Assembly (NCBI GenBank): GCA_964447335.1
Contig: CAYUSA010000009.1
Coordinates: forward strand, 3,345-67,344
DNA from: an uncultured Actinomycetes bacterium
GTDB lineage: Bacteria; Actinomycetota; UBA4738; HRBIN12
Direction of reading: 5' to 3'
DNA length: 64,000 nucleotides
The position numbers were made by a program, and so were the translations under genes. A model generated the notes under the pieces. The model was not told the origin of the DNA. It was given only the letters and a program-made list of their open reading frames with translations, and did not search any database. Shown piece after piece: positions 16,511 through 25,609 of the stretch (positions within the stretch are counted from its first letter, which is position 1; each line of letters begins with the position of its first letter).

Positions 16511-17197
16511 ATGGACGCGATCGCCGCGGTCGATCCGGAGGTCGCCGCGGCAGCGTTCGGATCCGATCACGCGATCGCGCTCGGTGGTCGTCCCGGTGCC
16601 ATCGCGGGCAGGTCGTGGGCGAGTTGCGCCCGGTTCGAGGCGGACGCGACCTCGCGAGCGATCGGCGCCGACGTCCGGGTCGCGATGTACGACCCGGAAC
16701 GGTGGCGGCACACGCCCGCCGAGGAGCAGCGCGATCCGCTCGGCGCGATGGCGCGGTTCGGCGACGTCGCCCGGCGGCATGGGTACGTGTGCATGATCAC
16801 CCCGCACCCGGGTCTCGTGTCGGTCACGGGGAGCACGCTCGCCCGAGACGCCGATGAGACCGAGGAGGCGGCGTACGAACGCTCGGGCATCACGGAGGTC
16901 GCCGCGCGCGCGGCCGACATCGTCGAGACCCAGGCGCAGCGCCTCCAGGACCGTCCCGATGCCTACCGCAGCCTCGTGTCGGCCACCGCGGCTCGGGCTC
17001 GAGGCGTGAACCCGTCGGTGCTCGTCCTGTCGGGGCTCTCGACCTCACCCGGCTTCCCGGCCACGCCGCAGATGCTGCTCGACGCGTGGGCGAGCGTGGC
17101 GGACGTCGTCGACGGGCACTACCTCTCGCTCGCGAAGGGGCGCTACCCGGAGGTGATGGCCGCGTTCCTTCGGTCGGTGCTCGGGTCGGACCGGTGA
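16511..17197 (+). CDS. Hypothetical protein
   Basis: 263-aa ORF (16406..17197) with balanced composition and no motif I recognise. The start is uncertain; the internal Met is at 16511. Confidence 0.35.
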   Translation: MDAIAAVDPEVAAAAFGSDHAIALGGRPGAIAGRSWASCARFEADATSRAIGADVRVAMYDPERWRHTPAEEQRDPLGAMARFGDVARRHGYVCMITPHPGLVSVTGSTLARDADETEEAAYERSGITEVAARAADIVETQAQRLQDRPDAYRSLVSATAARARGVNPSVLVLSGLSTSPGFPATPQMLLDAWASVADVVDGHYLSLAKGRYPEVMAAFLRSVLGSDR

Positions 17198-17273
17198 GCG
17201 GACGGTTTCGGCGCGTCACGATCGGGCACCGCCCGAACGCGTGGCGTTCGTGACGAGCGGCCGCGTGAGAACA

Positions 17274-17286
17274 GGTTCAATGAACC
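17274..17286. repeat. Palindrome GGTTCA-A-TGAACC (copy 1 of a repeated GGTTCAAYGAACCGCG motif)
   Basis: Seen directly in the ~340-bp non-coding stretch upstream of arcC. A near-identical motif recurs at 42734-42748. Confidence 0.3.
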
Positions 17287-17542
17287 GCGTGTCGCTCTGA
17301 GTTGCGGCGGCCACAACTGCCGCGAGGGTGCCGACGTCGGCGCGACAGAGGATCACGCCGCCGAGACCTCCTCCTCACCCGGCGAGTAGCGTGCCCCCTG
17401 CGCGACCAGGCTGCACGCGGGGAAGCCGCCCGCCGGCTTCAGGAAGGTCCGAGGGTCAGGCGTCCCACCTGCGAAGATGAGGAGCTTCGCCGGACACGAC
17501 ATCATTGCCTCGAGGGGTCGGAGCGGGAGGAGTCCACCGGCG

Positions 17543-18499
17543 ATGGGTGAACGAACGGCGGTCGTCGCGATCGGCGGCAACTCGCTGATCAAGGACACGA
17601 TGCACCAGACGGTGCGCGATCAGTACATCGCGGCCGGCGAGACGTGCGTCCATATCGCCGGGATGATCCGCGACGGCTGGAACGTGGTGATCACGCACGG
17701 CAACGGTCCGCAGGTCGGGTTCATCCTGCGCCGGTCCGAGCTCGCCGCCCACGAGCTGCACGAGGTCCCGCTCGACGTGTGCGGGGCCGACACGCAGGGT
17801 GCGATCGGCTACGCGCTCCAGCAGAACCTCTACAACGACTTCGCCCGGCTCGGTATGGACAGGCGCGTCGTGACCGTCATCACGCAGACCGAGGTGGCGG
17901 CGGACGACCCGGCCTTCGACGACCCGACGAAGCCCATCGGCTCGTACATGGACGCCGAGCAGGCCGCCCGCCGCCGGGAGGAGGACGGCTGGAGCGTGGT
18001 CGAGGACGCCGGCCGCGGATGGCGCCGCGTCGTGGCGTCGCCGGCGCCGAAGCGGATCGTCGAGGAGGGCGTGATCCGGGACCTGCTGAACGACGGGGTC
18101 GTCGTCATCGCGGTCGGCGGCGGCGGGATCCCCGTGGTCGCGGACGCGAACGGGGACCTGCGCGGCGTCCCCGCGGTCATCGACAAGGACCGCGCGTCCT
18201 CGCTCCTCGCGTCCTCGCTCGGAGCGGAGCTCTTCGTGATCAGCACGTCGATCGAGAAGGTCGCGCTCCGGTTCGGCACGCCGGAGCAGCAGTGGGTCGA
18301 TCACCTCACACCGGAGGAGGCCCGGCGGTACCTGGCCGAGGGCACGCACTTCGCCAAGGGCAGCATGGCCCCGAAGATCGAGGCGGCGGTCGCGTTCGTG
18401 GAGGCAACCGGCGGCACGGCCGTGATCACAAATCCCGAGAGCGTCGCCCGCGCGCTGGCGGGCGAGACGGGCACGCGGATCGGTTCGGCGGGAGGATGA
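17543..18499 (+). CDS. arcC: Carbamate kinase
   Basis: MGERTAVVAIGGNSL...VITHGNGPQVG...AVIDKDRASSLLA...GSMAPKIEAAVAF is a carbamate-kinase / amino-acid-kinase fold signature. Confidence 0.85.
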   Translation: MGERTAVVAIGGNSLIKDTMHQTVRDQYIAAGETCVHIAGMIRDGWNVVITHGNGPQVGFILRRSELAAHELHEVPLDVCGADTQGAIGYALQQNLYNDFARLGMDRRVVTVITQTEVAADDPAFDDPTKPIGSYMDAEQAARRREEDGWSVVEDAGRGWRRVVASPAPKRIVEEGVIRDLLNDGVVVIAVGGGGIPVVADANGDLRGVPAVIDKDRASSLLASSLGAELFVISTSIEKVALRFGTPEQQWVDHLTPEEARRYLAEGTHFAKGSMAPKIEAAVAFVEATGGTAVITNPESVARALAGETGTRIGSAGG

Positions 18500-18519
18500 G
18501 CGGGTACTCGATGGTACGG

Positions 18520-18796
18520 ATGACGACACGCGCCGAGAAGCACGCGAGACCCTCACGCTGGACGGACGGGAGGTCTCGGCCGAGGTTCGCCCGGGCATGA
18601 GCCTGCTCAAGCTCCTGCGGGAGGAGCTCGGCGTGACCTCGGCGAAGGACGTGTGCGCGCCCGAGGGCTCGTGCGGCGCGTGCGCCGTGCTGATCGACGG
18701 CAAGGCCGTGTGGTCTCCTGCGCCCAGAAGGCCGAGCGCGCCGCGGCAGTACAGCCGCAGGCGCCGGTGCCTGTGCTGATCCAGCGCGAGGTTACA
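18520..18796 (+). pseudogene. Decayed remnant of a [2Fe-2S] small subunit (CoxS/XdhC-like) of a molybdopterin dehydrogenase
   Basis: ...TLTLDGREVSAEVRPGMSLLKLLREELGVTSAKDVCAPEGSCGACAVLIDGKAV matches the CoxS N-terminal ferredoxin domain. It is split over three frames: MTTRAEKH in one, the core in a second, and VSCAQKAERAA in a third, and it is truncated at ~18796. Confidence 0.4.
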
Positions 18797-18999
18797 CCCG
18801 GCCCTCGCGCCTGTGAATCCAGCTGACGCGCGGTCCGCACAACCGTGTGTCGTTCCGGTACCACGGGCTCGCCGACCGGCGATCGACCAGGGCCACCTGG
18901 GCGGTGGGCGGGCTGCTCGACGACGCGAGAGCGGCATTGCGATCGTCCCCAGCCGCGGCACGATCGACGCCTCTTCTTGCCCTTCAATACAATCGCGAC

Positions 19000-21360
19000 A
19001 TGGCGAACCTCGGTCCTCTGGAGGCTTCTACCTGTAAGGACTACGTCGTCCCACTGCTCAAGGCGGCAGGCTGGTCGGATGAGCAGATCGTCGAGCAGTT
19101 CCCCGTGACCGACGGCCGGATTATCCCCGGAGTGAAGGGGCACCGCAGAGAGAAGCCGCTACGCGCCGACTATCTCTTGGAGTATCGGCCGGGCCTTGCG
19201 GTCGCGGTCGTCGAAGCCAAGCGCGAGTACAAGCTTCCGACGGACGGCCTGCAGCAGGGAAAGCGCTACGCGCAGATGCTCGATCTGCCGCTCGCCTACT
19301 CGACGAACGGCAAGGGCATCGTCGAACACGACTTCGACACAGGTGCGGAAACGAACCCTGCCAAGTTCCCGACCCCACAAGAAGCCTGGGACAGATATCG
19401 CTCTTACCAGGGGATCACTCCAGCGGCTGAGGAGATCCTCACGCTGCCGTTCAACCGCGATCTTCGGCGTCCGGACGGTGCCGTCAAGGAGCCCCGCTAC
19501 TACCAGCGGGTCGCGATCGACCGTGTCCACGCATCGGTGGTGGCCGGGAACAAGCGCGCCTTGCTCACCATGGCGACCGGCACCGGCAAGACCTTCGTTG
19601 CCATGCAGATCGTATGGAAGCTTTGGCGACATGCCTGGCCCGAAGGCCGCAAGCCGCGCGTCCTCTATCTCGCGGACCGGAACATCCTCGTGGACCAACC
19701 GATCCAGCGTGAATTCCTGCCCGTCTTCGGCAACGCGATCTGGAAGATCAAGGGCGCGGCCAAGACGAGCCGCGAGATCTACTTCGCCCTGTATCAGTCG
19801 CTCGCGGATTCCGGCGACAGTCTCGGGATCTTCCGCGACTATCCGGCGGACTACTTCGATCTCGTCGTCGTCGATGAGTGTCACCGCGGCAGCGCCAAGG
19901 ACGACTCGAGCTGGCGGGCGATCCTGGATCACTTCGCTCCGGCCACGCAGCTGGGTCTCACAGCCACGCCCAAACGCGACGACAACGTCGATACGTACGC
20001 CTACTTCGGCGACCCGCTCTACACCTACTCACTTGCGCAGGGGATCGAAGACGGCTTCCTCGCTCCCTACCGGGTCCGGCGTGTCGTCCTTAGCGCGGAT
20101 GCGTACGGATGGAGTCCTGATGAAGGGCAGCTCGACCTCTTCGGCAAGGAGATCCCTGCCGGCCTCTACGAAACGCGAGACTTCGAACGCGTCGTGTCCC
20201 TGCTAACCCGCACTCAGGCGGCGGCGCATCACCTCACCGAGTACATGAAGCGAACCGACCGGATGGCGAAGACCGTTGTGTTCTGCGTCGATCAGGAACA
20301 CGCGGACCAGATGCGAGCGGCGCTTCACAAGGAGAATGAGGATCTTGCAAGGCAGCACCCGAACTACGTTGCCCGCATCGTCTCCGACGAAGGCGATGTC
20401 GGCGATGAGCTCCTCGGGTATTTCGCAGATCCGGAATCCGAAGAGCCGGTCATCGTCACGACGTCGCGTTTGCTCTCCACCGGTGTGGACATGCCCGCCG
20501 TCAAGAACATCGTGCTGTTCAAGCCGATCGGCTCGATCGTCGACTTCAAGCAGATCATCGGCCGCGGGACGCGCATCTACGAGGACGTCGACAAGCTCAG
20601 CTTCGAGATCATCGACTACTCGGGGGCAACGCGGCTGTTCGAAGACCCGGAGTTCGACGGTCCTGCCGAGCGCGTCGCGACCGAAGAGATCGATGAGAAC
20701 GGCGACGTTCAGGTAGAGCTGGTTGTAGCCGAACCCGAGCAGCCGTTCGGGGAACCCGGCGAACTGGATGAAGAAGAGGTCGCAGAAGAGGCCCGCGAGA
20801 AGCTCTACGTTGGCGACGCGCCCGTATACCTCGTGGCCGAGGGATACCGGATCCTCGACCCCGCCACCGGCAAGCTGAAGCTCGTCGAGTACGCCGACTA
20901 CGTGAAGGACCAAGTACGGATCCTGTTCGAGGGTCATGCCGAACTTCTGGGACGCTGGCGAACGCACGAGGGACGGGAAGAGATCAAGGAGCTGCTGGCC
21001 GAGCGAGGAGTGTTCCTTCAAGAGGTGGCGGAGCAATCGCACCTGGAGGAGCTCGACCCGCTCGATGTTCTTGCCCATCTGGCCTGGAACAGCCCGGCCG
21101 CGAGCCGGCGGGACCGCGCCCGCAGGGTGCGAAATGCGAACTTCCTCGAAACCTTCCAGCCCCAGGCTCGAGAAGTGCTGGAGCTGCTGCTTGAGAAGTA
21201 CGCGGAGTTCGGTGTCTCGCAGCTCGATGACCTGGAGGTCCTGATGGTCCCGCCGCTGAACGAGCTCGGAACCCCCGTTGAGATCGCCGCCCGGTTCGGC
21301 GGTCCGGCCAAGCTTCAGGAAGCCGTTGACCGCATGGAGCAGCTCCTCTACGCTGCGTGA
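19000..21360 (+). CDS. hsdR: Type I restriction enzyme R subunit
   Basis: PD-(D/E)xK nuclease motif (LRADYLLEYRPGLAVAVVEAKREYK), DEAD-box helicase motifs (TMATGTGKT, DECHR, LTATP) and a C-terminal HsdR domain. I used the internal start MANLG; a TACAAT -10 lies 6 nt upstream. Confidence 0.85.
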   Translation: MANLGPLEASTCKDYVVPLLKAAGWSDEQIVEQFPVTDGRIIPGVKGHRREKPLRADYLLEYRPGLAVAVVEAKREYKLPTDGLQQGKRYAQMLDLPLAYSTNGKGIVEHDFDTGAETNPAKFPTPQEAWDRYRSYQGITPAAEEILTLPFNRDLRRPDGAVKEPRYYQRVAIDRVHASVVAGNKRALLTMATGTGKTFVAMQIVWKLWRHAWPEGRKPRVLYLADRNILVDQPIQREFLPVFGNAIWKIKGAAKTSREIYFALYQSLADSGDSLGIFRDYPADYFDLVVVDECHRGSAKDDSSWRAILDHFAPATQLGLTATPKRDDNVDTYAYFGDPLYTYSLAQGIEDGFLAPYRVRRVVLSADAYGWSPDEGQLDLFGKEIPAGLYETRDFERVVSLLTRTQAAAHHLTEYMKRTDRMAKTVVFCVDQEHADQMRAALHKENEDLARQHPNYVARIVSDEGDVGDELLGYFADPESEEPVIVTTSRLLSTGVDMPAVKNIVLFKPIGSIVDFKQIIGRGTRIYEDVDKLSFEIIDYSGATRLFEDPEFDGPAERVATEEIDENGDVQVELVVAEPEQPFGEPGELDEEEVAEEAREKLYVGDAPVYLVAEGYRILDPATGKLKLVEYADYVKDQVRILFEGHAELLGRWRTHEGREEIKELLAERGVFLQEVAEQSHLEELDPLDVLAHLAWNSPAASRRDRARRVRNANFLETFQPQAREVLELLLEKYAEFGVSQLDDLEVLMVPPLNELGTPVEIAARFGGPAKLQEAVDRMEQLLYAA

Positions 21361-21382
21361 TATGCCTCAGGAGTGCACGAAC

Positions 21383-21450
21383 CTATATCGAATCTATAGT
21401 TCTGCGTAGCCACCTTGTCAGAGAACTAAAGATTCCGTATAGTTACACGC
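21383..21450 (+). promoter_or_regulatory. abiEi promoter/operator: CTATA-N7-TATAG palindrome, then TTGTCA-N17-TATAGT, then a leaderless ATG 7 nt downstream
   Basis: The 90-bp spacer between hsdR and abiEi is AT-rich (~45% GC versus ~70% background). -35 at 21415-21420, -10 at 21438-21443, ATG at 21451. Confidence 0.45.
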
Positions 21451-22050
21451 ATGGCGAACGTACAGGACAGGCGCGAGCTTCGCCGCAAGCTGTTCCAGAT
21501 CGCTGGATATCAGTCCGGTCTCTTCACGGCTGCCCAGGCACGGGACGCCGGCTACTCCTACGCGGCTCAGAAGTACCACGTCGACCACGGGAACTGGGTC
21601 CGGATCGACAGGGGGATCTTCCGCCTGCCCGAGTGGCCGCCCGAGCGGCACGAGGATCTCATCCGATGGGTGCTCTGGAGCGGCGGCAAAGGGGTCATCT
21701 CCCACGACACCGCGCTTTCGGTGTACGACCTCGGCGACGTCGATCCGGTCCGTACGCATCTCACGGTGCCCAAGGGGTTCCGCAAGTCAGCCCCCGGGGT
21801 GGCACTTCACCGCGCAACCCTGCCGAGCGAAGACGTTCAGGGCTTCGAGGGGGTTTCCATCACGACCCCGACGCGCAGCGTCCTCGACGTCGCGGCGGGC
21901 AACCTGGATGCGGACCAACTCGCCTCGGCGGTCGGCGATGCCATCGGGGCAGGGCTGGCGACGAAGAGAGAGCTCCTCCGACGGGCGGATTCCTTCGGCG
22001 CGCACGCGGCACTCCGCATCGAACGCTCACTCATGGACGCTGCTGCGTAG
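21451..22050 (+). CDS. abiEi: AbiEi antitoxin / transcriptional regulator (type IV TA / abortive infection)
   Basis: LFQIAGYQSGLFTAAQARDAGYSYAAQKYHVDHGNWVRIDRGIFRLPEWPP...LIRWVLWSGGKGVISHDTALSVYDL is the AbiEi_4 N-domain with the conserved C-domain. Confidence 0.8.
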   Translation: MANVQDRRELRRKLFQIAGYQSGLFTAAQARDAGYSYAAQKYHVDHGNWVRIDRGIFRLPEWPPERHEDLIRWVLWSGGKGVISHDTALSVYDLGDVDPVRTHLTVPKGFRKSAPGVALHRATLPSEDVQGFEGVSITTPTRSVLDVAAGNLDADQLASAVGDAIGAGLATKRELLRRADSFGAHAALRIERSLMDAAA

Positions 22051-22913
22051 TGGATCGCTACAAGACGCCCGCCGCCTTCCGCGCGGCTCTGGAGGACCGC
22101 CTGAAACAGCGCGCTCCGGACCAGTCCGCACTCGACCGATCCCGCAGGCAAGTCGTGTTCGACCGCATGCTTGCACGCCTGGAACGGGAGACGCCCGGCC
22201 AGTGGGTGGTCAAAGGGGGAACGGCTTTGGAGATCCGTCTGCCGGGCCGGGCGCGCCGCACCAAGGATCTTGACATGGCGACACGTCAAGACACGACGGA
22301 TGGGCTCGAGCTCCGGGGCGACCTCGTTCGGGCACTTGACCCCGACCCCTTCGAGGACTGGTTCGAGTTCAGGGTCGCCGATCCGCAGCAACTGGCCGAC
22401 GACGAGGCCGGTCGCCCCGGTTGGCGGTTCCCCGTGGAGTCGCGCCTAGCGGGTAGGACCTTTGCCAAGGTGAAGATGGACGTCGTTGCACGCATGGACG
22501 AGATCTCGGCAACCGAGAGGGTCACACTACCGGGGCTGTTGGACTTCGCCGGCCTCCCCCCGGTGGAAGTCGAGATCGTTGACAAGAAGCAGCACTTCGC
22601 CGAGAAGCTTCACGCGTACTCGAAGGACTATGGCGATCGCCCGAATACCCGCGTCCGTGACATCGTCGACATGGTGCTGCTGATCGAGGACGGCTTGCAG
22701 CCCGACGCCGATCTGTACGTCGCGGTCGACCATGTGTTCGCCGTGAGGGATACGCATCAGATCCCCGTTGATCTCCCGGACCCGCCACTGGTATGGGAGG
22801 AGCGCTACGAGGAACTCGCACAGGATCTCGATATCAGCCCGAAGACGCTTGATGTGGCCGTTCCGACGGTTCGGAGCTTCTGGGCGGCTGCGGTCGTAGC
22901 AGCGAAGGAGTAG
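22050..22913 (+). CDS. abiEii: AbiEii nucleotidyltransferase toxin (DUF1814)
   Basis: ...QWVVKGGTALEIRLPGRARRTKDLDMAT... is the NTase motif. The GTG start overlaps the abiEi stop (TAGTG). Confidence 0.8.
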   Translation: MDRYKTPAAFRAALEDRLKQRAPDQSALDRSRRQVVFDRMLARLERETPGQWVVKGGTALEIRLPGRARRTKDLDMATRQDTTDGLELRGDLVRALDPDPFEDWFEFRVADPQQLADDEAGRPGWRFPVESRLAGRTFAKVKMDVVARMDEISATERVTLPGLLDFAGLPPVEVEIVDKKQHFAEKLHAYSKDYGDRPNTRVRDIVDMVLLIEDGLQPDADLYVAVDHVFAVRDTHQIPVDLPDPPLVWEERYEELAQDLDISPKTLDVAVPTVRSFWAAAVVAAKE

Positions 22914-22916
22914 ACG

Positions 22917-24410
22917 ATGGCGAAGAAGAAGCAACCAGAGAAGCCGACGACACCGCAGGCGCGACTGGCGTCGGCGATCAAGCGCGCTCGCGACATCATG
23001 CGCAAGGACGCCGGTCTGAACGGGGACACCGACCGCATCCCGCAGCTCGCCTGGCTGCTCTTCCTGAAGGCCTTCGACGCGCAAGAGGCCCAGCGCGAGG
23101 TCACCGACCGCTCGTTCCGGCCTGCCATCGAGGCTCCCTTCCGTTGGCGCGACTGGGCGGCCAACGAGATCGAGGGCCGCACCGGCGAGGCGCTGCTCAC
23201 GTTTGTGAACGGCGAGCTGCTGCCGTACCTGCGAGGACTGACCGGCACCGAAGAGCGCGATCCGCGCGACGTCCTGGCCGCCGTCTTCAAAGAGACCTAC
23301 AACCGGATGCTCTCCGGCTACCTGCTGCGCGATGCCATCGATTGCGTGAACGAGGTCCACTTCGAGTCCTCTGACGACATCCACACGATGGCGTTCCTCT
23401 ACGAGACCATGCTGCGCGAGATGCGGGACGCCGCCGGCGACTCCGGCGAGTTCTACACCCCCAGGCCGGTCATCCGCTTCATCGTCCGGCAGGTCGATCC
23501 GAAGCTCGGCGAGATCATCCTCGACCCCGCTTGCGGGACCGGAGGCTTCCTCGTGGAATCGCTCGAGCACCTGCGACCGAAGGCCAAGAGCGTGGAGCAA
23601 TGGCAGGGGCTGCAGGACGACCTGCGTGGGATCGAGAAGAAGCCGCTGCCCTACCTGCTCGGCATGATGAACCTGCTCCTGCACGAGGTCGAGCAGCCCG
23701 CGATCGTCCGCGACAACGCCCTCGCACACCCGGTCACCGAGATCCGGGAAGCGAGCCGCGTGAACGTCGTCGTCACCAACCCGCCGTTCGGCGGTGAGGA
23801 GGAGAAGAGCATCCAGGCCAACTTCCCGGCCGGAACGCGGGCTGCGGAGACGGCGCTGCTCTTCCTGCAACTCGTCGAGCGCTCCCTTAAGTCCTCCGGC
23901 CGGTGCGGCATGGTCGTGCCCAACGGGCTCCTATTCGGCGACGGAGTCGCCGCGCGCATCAAGGAGCGGCTGATGAAGGAGTGCAACCTCCACACGATCG
24001 TCCGCTTGCCTGAGGGTGTCTTTGCCCCATACACGGACATCGCTTCGAATCTGCTCTTTTTCGAGAAGACCGGGCGCACCAAGGAAGTCTGGTTCTACGA
24101 GATCTTCCCGCCCGAGGGTAAGAAGAAGTACTCGAAGACCCGCCCGATGCCGTTCGAAGCTTTCGCCGAGTGCCAGGCATGGTGGGGTGGAGCAGCTCGA
24201 TCCGGACGAGCGGAGACTAGTCACGCGTGGCGGGTCCCTATCGCCGACCTTGAAGCTAGCGGTTACAACCTCGACCTCAAGAACCCGGATTCGTCCCTTG
24301 ACCTTTCGCACAAACCACCCGGAGAACTCCTCGCTGATCTCACCGAACTGGAACACGAGATCCAAGACCTTCTTACGCAACTCTCCTCTGCGATTCGGGG
24401 GGCAGAATGA
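22917..24410 (+). CDS. hsdM: Type I RM N6-adenine DNA methyltransferase subunit
   Basis: HsdM_N domain (...IPQLAWLLFLKAFD...), SAM motif LDPACGTGGFLV and NPPF catalytic motif (VVVTNPPFGG). An AAGGAG RBS lies upstream. Confidence 0.9.
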   Translation: MAKKKQPEKPTTPQARLASAIKRARDIMRKDAGLNGDTDRIPQLAWLLFLKAFDAQEAQREVTDRSFRPAIEAPFRWRDWAANEIEGRTGEALLTFVNGELLPYLRGLTGTEERDPRDVLAAVFKETYNRMLSGYLLRDAIDCVNEVHFESSDDIHTMAFLYETMLREMRDAAGDSGEFYTPRPVIRFIVRQVDPKLGEIILDPACGTGGFLVESLEHLRPKAKSVEQWQGLQDDLRGIEKKPLPYLLGMMNLLLHEVEQPAIVRDNALAHPVTEIREASRVNVVVTNPPFGGEEEKSIQANFPAGTRAAETALLFLQLVERSLKSSGRCGMVVPNGLLFGDGVAARIKERLMKECNLHTIVRLPEGVFAPYTDIASNLLFFEKTGRTKEVWFYEIFPPEGKKKYSKTRPMPFEAFAECQAWWGGAARSGRAETSHAWRVPIADLEASGYNLDLKNPDSSLDLSHKPPGELLADLTELEHEIQDLLTQLSSAIRGAE

Positions 24411-25609
24411 CTGTCAACGCCGTCTCGGTCGGAGAAGTTGCCACCCTTCACCGGCGGTGGATCAACCCGGATCCTATGACTGAATACATTCAGATTGGCG
24501 TCCGAGGCTTCGGCAGGGGCATCTTCCACTATCCACCGACGCTGGGGATGAACCTGGGACGACTTCGCTTCGCGACGGTCGAGCCGGGCGACCTAGTAGT
24601 GAGCAACATCAAGGCGTGGGAAGGTGCCATAGCTATGGCTGGCGACGGGGACGCGAACTGTATCGCATCCAACCGCTTCCTCACCTATCGAGTTTCAGAC
24701 GAGCGCGCGGACGCTCGTTATCTCCGGTACTTCTTCCTGAGCGAAGCTGGCCTCCGCCTCATTGGAAGGGCTTCACCGGGTTCCGCAGATAGAAATCGCA
24801 CCCTCGCAATCGATCGCTTTGAAGCGCTTGAGGTCCCGCTCGGACCGATTGACGAACAGCGCCGCATCGCCACCCTGCTTGACTCCATCCATTCGCGGAC
24901 TTCCACCGCGGACGCATTCGCAGTGAAGGCCGCCGTTGCCGCCGAGGCTCTGAAATGGGCCGTCACAAGGGATACGTTCGCCGACGTCGATACGAGTCTG
25001 AGCGAAGCCGTAGACATCAACCCGGAGTCGGTGAATCCGGAGAGAGACCTCGACGGGTCGATGTTCACCTACATCGACATCGGGTCGGTAGCCAATGGCA
25101 CGGGCGCGATTGCGACCCCGAAGGTCCTTCCGGTTGCCGAGGCTCCCTCCCGGGCGCGCAAGCGCGTGAGGACGGGTGACGTTCTGGTCGCGACCGTCCG
25201 CCCTAATCTCAAGGGAGTGGCGCTCGTATCGCAGGCACTCGATGGTGCTATCTGTTCGACGGGGTTCGCGGTCCTTAGGCCGAACTCTCGGCTGTCTCCC
25301 GAGTACCTGCTCCTTCAATGCCTGTCAGATGCCGTGACGGAACAGCTTGTCGAAGCCACCCGAGGTGGTCACTATCCTGCGGTCCCGGATAGGAAGCTTC
25401 GAGACGTGAAGATCGCGGTGCCGCCGGCGGACGAGCAGGTTGCCGTTGTTCAACGTCTGGGAGTGCTTCTTCATGAAGTCGGCGAACTCAAGCGGCGAAT
25501 CGGGGAGAGGAACGACCTTCTGCAAGCGCTCCCAAAGTCCATGCTTAACGAGTGCTTCAAAGGCGGAGCCTCCAAGGGACCCGCCGGCGAAGGAAGACCC
25601 CCCCGATGA
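24407..25609 (+). CDS. hsdS: Type I RM specificity subunit with two target-recognition domains
   Basis: Two TRDs separated by the conserved central and terminal coiled-coil repeats (LGPIDEQRRIATLLDSI... / ...VPPADEQVAVVQRLGVLLHEV). The start overlaps the hsdM stop (ATGA). The local GC is lower (~58%). Confidence 0.85.
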   Translation: MTVNAVSVGEVATLHRRWINPDPMTEYIQIGVRGFGRGIFHYPPTLGMNLGRLRFATVEPGDLVVSNIKAWEGAIAMAGDGDANCIASNRFLTYRVSDERADARYLRYFFLSEAGLRLIGRASPGSADRNRTLAIDRFEALEVPLGPIDEQRRIATLLDSIHSRTSTADAFAVKAAVAAEALKWAVTRDTFADVDTSLSEAVDINPESVNPERDLDGSMFTYIDIGSVANGTGAIATPKVLPVAEAPSRARKRVRTGDVLVATVRPNLKGVALVSQALDGAICSTGFAVLRPNSRLSPEYLLLQCLSDAVTEQLVEATRGGHYPAVPDRKLRDVKIAVPPADEQVAVVQRLGVLLHEVGELKRRIGERNDLLQALPKSMLNECFKGGASKGPAGEGRPPR

